From NCBI GenBank assembly GCA_963747235.1, contig CAVVEU010000013.1:288001-352000 (forward strand): a stretch of DNA of 64,000 bases. Reading direction: 5' to 3'. The stretch is from an uncultured Candidatus Rokubacteria bacterium. GTDB lineage: Bacteria; Methylomirabilota; Methylomirabilia; Rokubacteriales; CSP1-6. The number at the start of each line of letters is the position of its first letter. Position 1 is the first letter of the stretch. The position numbers and the translations under genes were made by a program. The notes under the pieces were generated by a model. The model was not told where the DNA came from and ran no database searches. It saw nothing but the letters and a program-made list of their open reading frames with translations. Below are positions 52,809 to 63,689 of this stretch, piece by piece.

Positions 52809-53315
52809 TCAGTGCTCGCCGCGGGCGAGGGCGGAGCGAGAGCCGCCGCGCCCCGCGGTGCTCCAGAGGGCGGTGCCGCCGCGCCAGCCGAACAACCCGA
52901 GTCCGGGGCGGCCCTGGAGCTCGCGGGGCAGCTCCGCCTCGGGGGTCGGGATGAAGCCGCTGCGGACCCAGACCCGGTCGAGGCTCTGGGGTCGCGCGAA
53001 GACGGTGGTGATGCCGGCGGTGGCGGTGTGGGCCAGCGACTGGCCGACGAGCTCGGCCGCCACGGCCAGCACGTCCTCCGCCGGCGTGTCGGGCGGGGCC
53101 ACGACCACCGGTCCGTGCAGCATCGCCGTGGCGCCCGCCCGCTCCATCAGGACCGCTCCCACGAGTCGCTCCCCGTCCCAGGCACCCCAGCCGGCGTGAA
53201 CGTCGGCCGGCGGCGGGGTCCAGGCTCCCGCGAACCGGAACAGCTCGCGGGCCTCCTCCCAGGACGCGGGGAGCGGTCGATAGGCGAGAGCGTCGTGCGT
53301 GTTACTTCTTGCCAA
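52809..53315 (-). CDS. GNAT-like hypothetical protein
   Basis: GAWDGERLVGAV.ME, GF-type acetyltransferase-like pattern; start uncertain. Confidence 0.45.
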   Translation of the reverse strand: MARSNTHDALAYRPLPASWEEARELFRFAGAWTPPPADVHAGWGAWDGERLVGAVLMERAGATAMLHGPVVVAPPDTPAEDVLAVAAELVGQSLAHTATAGITTVFARPQSLDRVWVRSGFIPTPEAELPRELQGRPGLGLFGWRGGTALWSTAGRGGSRSALARGEH

Positions 53316-53589
53316 GCACCGAGTCCTTGAGGGACTTGGCGAGCCGGAACTTCACCACGCGCTTGGCCGGGATCTTGATGGGCTCACCGGTCTGGGGGTT
53401 GCGCCCCATCCGGGCCTTGCGGTTGGCCAGCACGAGCCGGCCGAAGTTCGGCACCACGAACACGTTCTTTGCTTCCTTGGTCGCAAGCGACAGTAGCTGG
53501 TCCATGACGTCGACGACCTGCTTCTTCGAGAGCTCCGTCTTCTGGGCCAGGTGAGCGATGATGGAGGACTTCGTCATCGTTTTTGCCAT
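53302..53589 (-). CDS. HU family DNA-binding protein
   Basis: MTKS.II, FG, RKARMGRNPQTGE.IKIPAK..VKFR; GGAGG RBS. Confidence 0.95.
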   Translation of the reverse strand: MAKTMTKSSIIAHLAQKTELSKKQVVDVMDQLLSLATKEAKNVFVVPNFGRLVLANRKARMGRNPQTGEPIKIPAKRVVKFRLAKSLKDSVLGKK

Positions 53590-53736
53590 GTGCTTCCCTC
53601 CGGGTTTGAGTGTGAGAGTGAACGGTCGGGCCGTTGAGGATTCACACGTCTCGTGAAGCCAAGGGCCAATTCTACTCAAGCCGACCCGCGCGCTCAACTG
53701 CTGAATGCGCGGGCGAATGCGCGGAGACGCGGTGTC

Positions 53737-55019
53737 CTAGTCGCCCGGCGCGCGTGTGGGGTGCAGGAAGCGGAACTGCCCCGATCCGGCCAGGGCGCGA
53801 TAGGAGCCGAAGCGCGCCTCCGCGTTCTCCACGTGATCGAGCGGCGAGTCGTCGGCCGGATCCTCGACCTCGTAGACGCGGAGCAGCTCGTAGGTGGTGG
53901 AGCGCTGGGCCGGGACGCGTCCCGCATCGCGGATGAGCCGGCGCAGCTCGACCGGCGGCACGAGCTGGCCGTACGACGCGCCGGCGGAGGTGGAGATGGA
54001 TTCGTTGATCAGGGTGCCGCCCATGTCGTTGCAGCCCGCCGCGAGGAGGACCTGGGCGAGCTTGGGCCCTTCCTTGACCCACGAGCACTGGATGTTGCGG
54101 AAGAGCGGGCCCAGGAAGAGGCGCGCCAGCGCGTGCATCCGGATCACCTCGAGGCCGGTGGCCCCCTGGCGCACGCCGGGCACGAGGCCGCGGCGGTACA
54201 TCGGCGCCTCCTGGTGGATGAGCGAGAGGGGGACGAACTCGGTGAAGCCGCCCGTCTCCTTCTGGATGGAGCGGAGCAGGTCCATGTGCCGGATCCAGTG
54301 CTCGGGCCGCTCCACGTGTCCGTACATGATGGTGGAGGTGGTCCGGATGCCCTGGGCGTGCGCGGAGGTGATCACCTCGATCCACTGCTTGACCGTGATG
54401 CGGCCGCGCGCGATGACGTCCCGGATCTCCTGGTCCAGCACCTCGGCCGAGGTCCCGGGCAGCGTGCCGAGGCCGACCTTCTTGAGCTCGGCCAGGTATT
54501 CGGGAATGGAGAGCCCCGAGCGGGTGGAGCCGTAGAGGATCTCCTCGGGCGAGAAGGCGTGCAGGTGCATCTCGGGCAGGGCCGCCTTGATCGCGCGGCA
54601 GAGATCGATGTAGTAGCGGCCGTCGAGCTTGGGAGGCAGGCCCGCCTGGATGCAGACCTCGGTGGCGCCCATCTCCCACGCCTCGATGGCGCGGCGGACC
54701 ACCTCGTCCATCGGCAGGAAGTAGCCTTCCTCCTCGCGGTGGTCGCGGCTGAACGCGCAGAACGTGCAATGCTTGATGCACACGTTGGTGAAGTTGATGT
54801 TGCGGTTGACGACGTAGGTGACCACGTCGCCCGCCTGGCGACGCCGCATCTCGTCGGCGACCAGCGTCAGCGCCTGCAGGTCGCGCCCCTGGGTCTCGGT
54901 GAGGCGGATGCCGTCGGCGACCGACAGCTCGCCGCCGTCGAGCAGCGCGCCCAGGATGCGGCGGGTATCGGGCGAAGCCCAGTCCAGCGAGATCGCGGTC
55001 GGCGTTGTCGGTCGAGCAT
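53737..55019 (-). CDS. cofH: FO synthase subunit CofH (radical SAM); frameshift near N-terminus
   Basis: NRNINFTNVCIKHCTFCAF, PGTSAEVLD, TIMYGHVE, WVKEG, NDMGGTL.NESI; TAATG coupling with cofG. Confidence 0.92.
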
Positions 55020-56222
55020 TACCAGTTTCTCCATATCTCCAGATCGGGTCGCACGAAGCCCTCGGCGTCCACGAGCTCGGCCACGCGCGGGCGCAGCCGC
55101 TCGTCGAGGAACGCCTCGCGGGTAGTGTACTCGGGATAGACGGCGAGGCGCTCGCGCAGCTCGTGGCCGGCGGCCTCGGTGCGGCGCCGCAGCTCGGCCA
55201 GGCCGGGCCAGGGGCGCTCGGGGTTGATGTGATCCGGGGTCAGCGGCGAGATGCCGCCCCAGTCGTTCAGGCCGGCCGCGGGGAGCTGGTCGTAGCCTTC
55301 CGCCGACAGGTTGGGCGGGGCCTGGATGTTCATGGACGGGCCCAGCAGGAGCCGCGCCACCGCGACGGTCCGCAGGAGATCGAGCGCGCCGGGCTCGGGC
55401 CAGCCGCGCATCGGGATCGTCGCCTTGGCGCGGAAGTTCTGGACGATGACCTCCTGGATATGGCCGTGGCGCTCGTGCAGGTCGCGGATGGCGAGGAGCG
55501 AGGCCACGCGCTCGGCGTGGGTCTCGCCGATGCCGATCAGGATGCCGGTGGTGAACGGGATGCCGAGGGCGCCCGCGCGCGCGATGGTCCGGAGGCGCCG
55601 CTGCGGGACCTTGTCGGGCGCCCGGTCGTGCGCGGCGCCCGGGGCGAGCAGCCGCTCGGACGTGCTCTCGAGCATGATGCCCATGCTCACGTTGACCTCC
55701 CGCAGCGAGGCCAGATCCCGCTCCGTCATCAGCCCCGGGTTGGCGTGCGGCAGGAGCCCGGTCTCATCCAGGACGCGGGCGCTGATCTCGCGCAGATAGC
55801 CGAGCGTCGTGCGGTGCCCCACCGAGCGCAGGAAGGCGCGGTGCTCGGGGAAGATCGCCTCGGGCTTGTCGCCCAGCGAGAACAGCGCTTCCTTGGCGCC
55901 GAGCCGCGCGCCCGCGCTGGGCCAGGGCCAGCACCTGGTCGGGCGTCATCGTGAAGGCGCCCGGCTCGCCGGGATCCTTCCGGAAGGTGCAGTAGCCGCA
56001 GTAGTCGCGGCAAAGGGTCGTGAGCGGGATGAAGACCTTGGCCGAGAAGGTGATGCGCCGGCCGCGGCCCCGGTCGCGCAGGGCCGACGCGGCCCCGAGC
56101 AGCGCGGGCAGGTGCTCGGTCGGCGTCTCGAGGAGCGCGGTGGCCTCCGCCGCGTCGGGCGTCCGGCCCTCCGCGACCCGGTCCAGCGCCCGCTCGACCG
56201 GGGTCAGCTCGAGTACTGCCAT
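55019..56222 (-). CDS. cofG: FO synthase subunit CofG (radical SAM); frameshift near 55915
   Basis: FIPLT.LCRDYCGYCTF, LPHANPG, FTTGILIGIGE, IQAPPNL, DWGGISP.TPDH.NPE. Confidence 0.92.
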
Positions 56223-56653
56223 GAGGAGACGCGGCTGGGGGTCACGCGGATCATGAGGCCGCGCTCGCGCGGCAGCCCGAGGGTGCGGTACTGCGCGTAC
56301 TTGGCGACGAGCAGATCCACCCCGTGGGCGAACTGCGGGCCGTCCGTGAGCAGATCCGCCTGCCCCTGGATGATGACGTAGCGCAGACGGGTCCAGTCCT
56401 CGTCATACTGGTCGATCACGATTGAGACGCGCGGATTCTCCCGGAGGTTGCGGATTCGCTTGAGCCCCTCGGGCGGCGCCTGCTTCGGCTTGGCGTCCAC
56501 TGCGGAATACAGCGCCTGGCCGTCGAAAGCGTAGCAGATCGGCACCACCATCGGCTGGCCGCTCGCGTCGGCGGTGGCGAGCCGGCCGACCCGCGCGCTC
56601 GTGATGAAGCCGGCGACGGGCGGGGGAATGGGCGTGGTCGGGCTCGACGGCAT
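56204..56653 (-). CDS. PPOX-class F420-dependent oxidoreductase (TIGR03668-like)
   Basis: RVGRLAT, P..VP.C.A, SAVD.KPK, L.R..N...NP.V...D.Y.EDW..L. Confidence 0.85.
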   Translation of the reverse strand: MPSSPTTPIPPPVAGFITSARVGRLATADASGQPMVVPICYAFDGQALYSAVDAKPKQAPPEGLKRIRNLRENPRVSIVIDQYDEDWTRLRYVIIQGQADLLTDGPQFAHGVDLLVAKYAQYRTLGLPRERGLMIRVTPSRVSSWQYSS

Positions 56654-56661
56654 GGGCCGCC

Positions 56662-57627
56662 CTAGCGGGGCGCCCGGAGGACCTTCGGCCGGACCTCCTG
56701 GGCGAAGCGCTCGATCAGCGTGAGCTGCCCCTTGAGATCCTGGGGCGCCGGATCGAAGACGAAGTGGGAGACGCCGAGCGCCTGATAGCTCTTGATGTGC
56801 CGGATGACGTCCTGGGCGGTGCCCCGGAAGCCGGGCTGATCGCTCACCGCCGCGTTGCCGCGCCTGGCGGCCAGCTCGAGCGGCACCCGTACCGAGAGGG
56901 TGATGGCCTTCGGGTCGCGCCCGGCCTTGCGGGCCCAGCCGTGGATGACCTTGACCTTCTCCGCGTACTCGTCGGGCAGGAGCATCGCGGGTGGCCGCAT
57001 CGCGATGGGATGCCAGGCGTCCGCGAGCTCGCCGGTGCGGCGCAGCGCCACGTCGGTGTGCCCGCCGATCCAGATCGGGATGCCGCCCTTCTGGCGCGGC
57101 TTGGGCATGGCGCTCACCGAGGGCAGACGATAGTGCGCGCCCTTGAACTCCACCGGCTCCTTCGTCCACATGTCCCGCATGAGGCGCAGGTACTCGTCCG
57201 TGACCTTGCCCCGCTCCGCAAAGGGCGGCGCCTGGAGCGTCTCGAATTCCTCCTTCATCCAGCCCACTCCGGCGCCCAGGATGATGCGGCCGCCCGACAT
57301 CACGTCGAGCGTGGCCAGCATCTTGGCGGTCACGACCGGGTTGCGATACGGCACGACCAGCACACTGGTGCCGATCTTCACGCGGGAGGTCAGCCCGACC
57401 AGGACTCCCATCATCGCCATCGGCTCGAGGTAGCCGTTCGTCCAGTCGCCGGTGAAGCGGCCGCTGGCCGCGTAGGGATAGGTCGAGTTGTAGGAGGTCG
57501 GGATGACCACGTGATCGGTCACGAAGACCGAGGCGTAGCGGAGCGCGTCTGCCTTCTCGGCCAGCTTGGTGAGCGCCTCCGGCGTCGCGAGCGGACCACG
57601 GCCCGGCAGAGCGAAGCCGAATTGCAT
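56662..57627 (-). CDS. LLM-class F420-dependent oxidoreductase
   Basis: DHVV.P, GTSVLV.PYRNP...AK..ATLD..SGGR, G.GW..EEF, PIWIGG. Confidence 0.9.
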   Translation of the reverse strand: MQFGFALPGRGPLATPEALTKLAEKADALRYASVFVTDHVVIPTSYNSTYPYAASGRFTGDWTNGYLEPMAMMGVLVGLTSRVKIGTSVLVVPYRNPVVTAKMLATLDVMSGGRIILGAGVGWMKEEFETLQAPPFAERGKVTDEYLRLMRDMWTKEPVEFKGAHYRLPSVSAMPKPRQKGGIPIWIGGHTDVALRRTGELADAWHPIAMRPPAMLLPDEYAEKVKVIHGWARKAGRDPKAITLSVRVPLELAARRGNAAVSDQPGFRGTAQDVIRHIKSYQALGVSHFVFDPAPQDLKGQLTLIERFAQEVRPKVLRAPR

Positions 57628-57918
57628 GAGCCGCATATTGCTCGCCGCGTTTGGGCCTGTCAAGGCGGGGGTTTGCGCGATCCATGGTCGGGCGACCCGC
57701 TTGGGGTGCATCGGTAAGCTTCTTTATTTATCCGCTCGGCTCGCCTTCGGCTGCGCCTCGCCAAGCCACTGCCTCTTTGCGCCAACGGCTTGCCCGCGGG
57801 CGACGCGCATGGCTGCGCCCGGGCATTCCACGGCCCACGGCGCCCGTGTCAGCGGGCTGACACCAAAAAATCGGGCCTATGCTAGGCTCGTAATTGCCAT
57901 GTTGATCGGGAGAGCCTC

Positions 57919-59274
57919 GTGAAGCCGCGCATCCTCGTGGTGGACGACGAATCGGTCATCGCCGAGAATCTCCGTCTGACCCTCGAGCGCGAGGGCTATG
58001 ACGTGGAAACGGCGGGGAATACCGTCGGCGCCATGCTCCGGATGGAGACGCGGGAGTTCGCTCTGGGCGTGGTGGATCTGATCTTGCCGGACGGCGACGG
58101 CCTCCACCTGCTGCGCCTCCTGAAGGCCAAGGACCCCTCGATCGAAGTCATCATCATGACCGGGCACGGGTCCATCTCCAAGGCGGTCGAGGCGACCAAG
58201 CAGGGCGCCTTCTACTTCGTCGCCAAGCCCTTCGACGCCGATGAAATGCTGATGCTGGTGGGCAAGGCGCTGGAGCGCCGGCGCCTGCTCGCCGAGACGT
58301 CGGATCTGCGGCGCAAGCTCGCCGAGCAGGCCGCCTACGGCGAGATGCTCGGGTCCTCCCCGGCGATCAAGCGCGTCTTCGAGATGCTGGAGTCGGTGGC
58401 CTCCTCCGACGCCAACGTGCTCATCGTGGGCGAGAGCGGCACCGGCAAGGAGCTGGCCGCCAACGCGGTCCACGCGAAGAGCACGCGAGTCGATGGCCCG
58501 ATGGTGAAGATCAACTGCGCGGCGCTGCCGAAGGACCTGATCGAGTCCGAGCTCTTCGGCCACGTGAAGGGCGCCTTCACCGGCGCGTCCACCGACAAGT
58601 CCGGATTGCTGGAGGAGGCGCATCGCGGCTCGCTGCTGCTCGACGAGATCACCGAGATGCCGCTCGATCTGCAGGCCAAGCTGCTCCGCGTGCTGGAGGA
58701 CCGCACGGTGCGCCGGCTCGGCGGGGCCAAGACCGTGCCGGTGGACTTCCGGCTGATCTGCTCGACCAACCGGGAGCCGGAGGTGGCGCTGCGCGAGGGC
58801 CGCCTGCGCCAGGATCTCTACTTCCGCATCAACACGGTGACGGTGGCGCTGCCGTCCCTGCGCGATCGCACCGGCGACATCCCGCTGCTGGCCAAGTCCT
58901 TCCTCGAGCGCTTCCGGGCCAAGCACGGGCGGGAGGTCGAGAGCATCGACCCCGAGGCCTACCGGCGGCTGCTCTCCTATGGCTGGCCGGGCAATATCCG
59001 CGAGCTCGAGCACGCGATCGAGCGGGCGGTCCTGGTGGCTCGTGGCCGCGAGATCACCCTGGCGGATCTGCCGGAGCCCCTGCAGGTCGATCCCTCGCCG
59101 GGCGGGTCGGCCCCTCCGCCGGGCTCGCTGGAGGAGATCGAGCGCGTGTCCATCGTCCGGGCGCTCGAGTCCACCGGCTGGAACAAGCAGGCCGCCGCCC
59201 AGGTCCTGGGCCTCAGGCGCCCGACCTTGTACTCGAAGATGCGCCGGCACGGGATCCCCCAGCGCCGGGCCTGA
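57919..59274 (+). CDS. sigma54-dependent response regulator (NtrC/AtoC family)
   Basis: REC, GESGTGKE, ESELFGH.KGAFTGA, LDEI, R.DLYFR, WPGN.REL, Fis-type HTH. Confidence 0.95.
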   Translation: MKPRILVVDDESVIAENLRLTLEREGYDVETAGNTVGAMLRMETREFALGVVDLILPDGDGLHLLRLLKAKDPSIEVIIMTGHGSISKAVEATKQGAFYFVAKPFDADEMLMLVGKALERRRLLAETSDLRRKLAEQAAYGEMLGSSPAIKRVFEMLESVASSDANVLIVGESGTGKELAANAVHAKSTRVDGPMVKINCAALPKDLIESELFGHVKGAFTGASTDKSGLLEEAHRGSLLLDEITEMPLDLQAKLLRVLEDRTVRRLGGAKTVPVDFRLICSTNREPEVALREGRLRQDLYFRINTVTVALPSLRDRTGDIPLLAKSFLERFRAKHGREVESIDPEAYRRLLSYGWPGNIRELEHAIERAVLVARGREITLADLPEPLQVDPSPGGSAPPPGSLEEIERVSIVRALESTGWNKQAAAQVLGLRRPTLYSKMRRHGIPQRRA

Positions 59275-59374
59275 CGTTCTCCCGAAAACACGCTGTTCGG
59301 CCCGATCGTCAACCCCCTGCCGCTCCGTATGAGGAGTGCCATGCCAAATAGCTGAAAGAATATGCGTCTCATTT

Positions 59375-59390
59375 TGGCAATGCTCTTGCG
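59375..59390 (+). promoter_or_regulatory. sigma54 promoter
   Basis: TGGCAATGCTCTTGCG; GG 59376-7, GC 59388-9. Confidence 0.65.
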
Positions 59391-59417
59391 TTCCCACGGG
59401 CGCACGGAGGTGGCACC

Positions 59418-59828
59418 ATGCCCCGCATATTGCTCGTTGACGACGACCCCGCCTGGCGGAATCTCTACCGGATGGCTCTGGAGAACCAGTTCGACCTCTT
59501 CGAGGCGACCGATGGGTATCAGGCCCTGTCCGTGCTGGGCGCCGTGAGACCCGACGTGATCGTCCTGGACCTCCGGATGCCGCGGATGGACGGCATGGAC
59601 TTCATCCGGCGGCTCAGCCGCCGCAGCCCTCGGCCCAAGGTCATCATCTGCTCGGGGACGTTCACCGAGGCGGAACGGCCCCTGATCCCGGGCGTGTGCC
59701 TGGCCGCGAAGACACCGGACCTGAAGGAGCTGTGGTCGGCGCTTCGGAGCACGATCCCGAGCGCGGCCGAGGCTCCCGTCCCCGCCAAGCAGGCGGTGGC
59801 GGTCGAAGACGCGGTCTGGCGCGACTGA
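59418..59828 (+). CDS. single-domain response regulator
   Basis: ILLVDDD, DVIVLDLRMP.MDG; GGAGG RBS. Confidence 0.9.
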   Translation: MPRILLVDDDPAWRNLYRMALENQFDLFEATDGYQALSVLGAVRPDVIVLDLRMPRMDGMDFIRRLSRRSPRPKVIICSGTFTEAERPLIPGVCLAAKTPDLKELWSALRSTIPSAAEAPVPAKQAVAVEDAVWRD

Positions 59829-59850
59829 GGTCGGCATCCCGCCGATCGGC

Positions 59851-60351
<501 letters not shown>

Positions 60352-60392
60352 TGCTCCATCAACACGCCGGAGGCCACTGCGGTGACTGCAGG

Positions 60393-61869
60393 ATGACGTC
60401 GATTCTGACGATCGTGTTGTCCGGCCTGATGATTGCACTCGGCCTGCTGGGGCCGGCCTTGCGCGCAGGCTCCGGCCCCTGCCGCGCCCGCGCCGGCCAC
60501 CCCGGCGCCCGGGCTCCCGCGGCCCCCGCGACTCCCGCGCCGCCGAAGATCGACAGCGGCGACACGGCCTGGGTGCTGGTGTCCACCGCGCTGGTGCTGC
60601 TGATGACCGCGCCCGGCCTGGCCCTGTTCTACGGGGGCATGGTGCGGCAGAAGAACGCCCTCGGCACCCTGATGCAGAGCTTCATCATCCTCGCGCTGAT
60701 CTCGGTGCAGTGGGTGCTCTGGGGCTACTCGCTGGCCTTCGGTCCCGACAAGGGCGGCATCATCGGCGGGCTCGAGTGGGTCGGCCTCAAGGGCGTCGGT
60801 CCCGAGCCCATCGCGGACTACGCGCCGACCATTCCGCACACCGCCTTCATGCTGTTCCAGATGATGTTCGCGGTCATCACGCCCGGCGCTGATCACGGGC
60901 GCCTTCGCCGAGCGCAAGAAGTTCTCCACCTTCCTGGTGTTCATCCTCCTCTGGGCCACCTTCGTCTACGATCCGCTGGCCCACTGGGTGTGGGGCATCG
61001 GCGGCTGGCTGAAGAACCTGGGCGCGCTCGACTTCGCGGGCGGTACCGTCGTCCACATCTCGTCCGGTATCTCGGCGCTCGCCGCCGCGATCGTCATCGG
61101 CAAGCGCAAGGGCTATGGGCACCAGCCCATGCCCCCGCACAACCTGCCCTTCACGGTGATGGGCGCCGCCTTGCTGTGGTTCGGCTGGTTCGGGTTCAAC
61201 GCGGGCAGCGCGCTGGCCGCCAACGGCCTCGCCGCCCACGCGTTCATGACCACCAACACCGCGGCCGCGGCGGCCGCGCTCGGCTGGATGTTCACGGAGT
61301 GGATGTCGCGGGGCAAGCCGACCGTGCTCGGCGCGGCGTCGGGGGCGGTGGCGGGTCTCGTCGCCATCACCCCGGCGGCCGGCTTCGTGACCCCGATGGC
61401 CTCCATCGTCATCGGCGTGGTGGCGGGCTTCATCTGCTACACCGCCTGCAACTTGAAGTCGAAGCTCGGCTATGACGACTCGCTCGACGTGGTGGGCGTG
61501 CACGGGGTCGGTGGCACGTGGGGGGCCCTGGCCACCGGAATCTTCGCCACCAAGCTGGTCAACGACGCGGGCGGCGACGGGCTGCTCTACGGCAACCCGA
61601 AGCAGCTCTGGATCCAGTTCGTGGCCGTCGCGGTGACCTGGATCCTGGCCTTCGTGATGACGATGGTCATCCTCAAGGTCCTCGACGCCATCATGGGCCT
61701 GCGGGTCAGCGACGAGGACGAGATGGTCGGTCTGGACCTGTCGCAGCACTCGGAGACGGCGTACATGCTCGGCGGCTCGGCCTCGTACGGCGAGTACTCG
61801 ATGGGTGGGAGCGCCGGCGGCTTCGAAGGGATGAAGCCGGCGGAGGCCAAGCCCCGTCCGAGCCACTAG
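60393..61869 (+). CDS. amtB: ammonium transporter (frameshift near 60885)
   Basis: [47 protein letters not shown]. Confidence 0.94.
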
Positions 61870-61993
61870 GAGAGGGGGCCCGCTTGACGGGCCCCGGGCA
61901 AAACACTTATGGTTGGTGGCCGGTGGGGCCACGGAGGCTCCACCGGCCCGCGGTTTTCCCCACCCCGCACTGAGGCGACAAGGAGGCAGGAGA

Positions 61994-63418
61994 ATGACCC
62001 CGAAGGACGTGTTGAAGATGGCGAAGGAGAAGGGCGTCAAGATCATCGATCTGCGGTTCATCGACATGCCCGGTCTCTGGCAGCATTTCTCCATCCCGGT
62101 GTCCGAGCTGAGGGAAGACATCTTCGAGGACGGGCTCGGCTTCGACGGCTCCTCGATCCGCGGGTTCCAGACCATCGACGAGTCGGACATGCTGCTCATC
62201 CCCGACCCGTCGACGGCCCAGATGGATCCCTTCACGGCCGTGCCGACCATGGTCCTGATCTGCAACGTCAAGGACCCGATCACCGGCAAGGCCTACAGCC
62301 GCGACCCCCGCTACGTGGCCCAGAAGGCGGAGGCGTTCGTCAAGAAGAGCGGGGTGGGTGACACCATCTTCATCGGGCCCGAGCTCGAGTTCTTCTTCTT
62401 CGACTCGATCCGGTTCGACCAGAGCTACAACTACGGCTTCTACTTCATCGACTCGGAAGCGGGCGCGTGGAACACCGGCCGGGAGGGCACGCCCGATCGC
62501 CCGAACCTCGGCTACATCCCGCGCTACAAGCAGGGCTACTTCCCGGTGCCGCCGATGGACAAGTTCCAGGACATCCGGTCCGACATGGTGCTGGCGCTCG
62601 AGTCGGTCGGCGTCCGCGTCGAGGTCCACCACCACGAGGTGGCGAGCGGCGGGCAGACCGAGATCGACATGCGCTTCGACACCCTGACGAAGATGGCCGA
62701 CAAGGTGTGCTGGTACAAGTACTGCGCCAAGCAGACCGCGAAGAAGTGGGGCAAGACCGCCACGTTCATGCCCAAGCCCCTGTTCCAGGACAACGGCTCC
62801 GGCATGCACACGCACCAGTCCATCTGGAAGAACGGCAAGAACCTCTTCTACGAGCGGGGCGGCTACGCCGACATCTCGAAGATGTGCCTCTACTACATCG
62901 GCGGCATCCTGAAGCACGCCCCCGCGCTGCTCGCGTTCATCGCGCCCTCGACGAACAGCTACAAGCGGCTGGTGCCGGGCTACGAGGCGCCGATCAACCT
63001 CGTCTACAGCCAGCGCAACCGCTCCGCCGCGATCCGGATCCCGATGTACTCGAAGGCGGAGGGCGCGAAGCGGATCGAGTTCCGGACGCCGGATCCGACC
63101 TGCAACCCGTACCTGTCGTTCGCGGCGTGCGTGATGGCGGGCCTCGACGGCATCGCCAACAAGATCGATCCCGGCAAGCCGGTGGACAAGGACCTCTACG
63201 AGCTGCCGGCCGCCGAGCAGAAGAAGATCAAGCAGCTCCCCGGCGCGCTCGACATCGTGCTGGACAACCTCGAGAAGGATCACGACTTCCTGCTCAAGGG
63301 AGACGTGTTCACGCCGGACCTGATCGAGACCTGGATCGACTACAAGCGGAAGAACGAGGTGGATCCCGTCCGGCTGCGCCCGCACCCGTACGAGTTCGCC
63401 CTGTACTACGACATCTAG
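61994..63418 (+). CDS. glnA: glutamine synthetase type I
   Basis: FDGSSI.GF, GPELEFF, HHEVA, FMPKP...[25 protein letters not shown] adenylylation Tyr. Confidence 0.97.
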   Translation: MTPKDVLKMAKEKGVKIIDLRFIDMPGLWQHFSIPVSELREDIFEDGLGFDGSSIRGFQTIDESDMLLIPDPSTAQMDPFTAVPTMVLICNVKDPITGKAYSRDPRYVAQKAEAFVKKSGVGDTIFIGPELEFFFFDSIRFDQSYNYGFYFIDSEAGAWNTGREGTPDRPNLGYIPRYKQGYFPVPPMDKFQDIRSDMVLALESVGVRVEVHHHEVASGGQTEIDMRFDTLTKMADKVCWYKYCAKQTAKKWGKTATFMPKPLFQDNGSGMHTHQSIWKNGKNLFYERGGYADISKMCLYYIGGILKHAPALLAFIAPSTNSYKRLVPGYEAPINLVYSQRNRSAAIRIPMYSKAEGAKRIEFRTPDPTCNPYLSFAACVMAGLDGIANKIDPGKPVDKDLYELPAAEQKKIKQLPGALDIVLDNLEKDHDFLLKGDVFTPDLIETWIDYKRKNEVDPVRLRPHPYEFALYYDI

Positions 63419-63445
63419 TCCCGTAGCTTGCCGTCCCCGCAGTCC

Positions 63446-63483
63446 CGGCCCCCCGGCCTCCGCGTCAGGAAGCTGGGGGGCCG
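63446..63483 (+). terminator. hairpin after glnA
   Basis: CGGCCCCCC...GGGGGGCCG inverted repeat; weak U tract. Confidence 0.4.
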
Positions 63484-63509
63484 TCGGTTGTTCGGCTCCG
63501 GCGCCCCGC

Positions 63510-63646
63510 TGAGCACCACGTGAGCAGGGTGCTCTTTCGGTGAGCATGCCGTAGGGTTGACCAGTCGGCCTCCGTGCCGGTAAGTCGCGATCGCAAATGG
63601 CTTCTGCCACCGCGGTCCCGGCTCCGAGGCTGGCATCGGAATCGCA
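63510..63646 (+). promoter_or_regulatory. sigma54 promoter with NtrC-like site for second amt
   Basis: TGCTC-N7-GAGCA (63530-46); TGGCATCGGAATCGCA with GG 63632-3, GC 63644-5. Confidence 0.6.
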
Positions 63647-63689
63647 GTTCGTCCGCCGATGTCATTCTCAGCCCAATAAGGAGCCGACC

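Noticed and set aside
53737-56222. Fused FbiC (CofG-CofH) broken by error
   Set aside because: Clean TAATG stop/start coupling at 55017-55021 supports two genes
57640-57900. Known ncRNA (SRP, 6S, riboswitch) in the long intergenic region
   Set aside because: No diagnostic motifs recognised by eye; would need an Rfam scan
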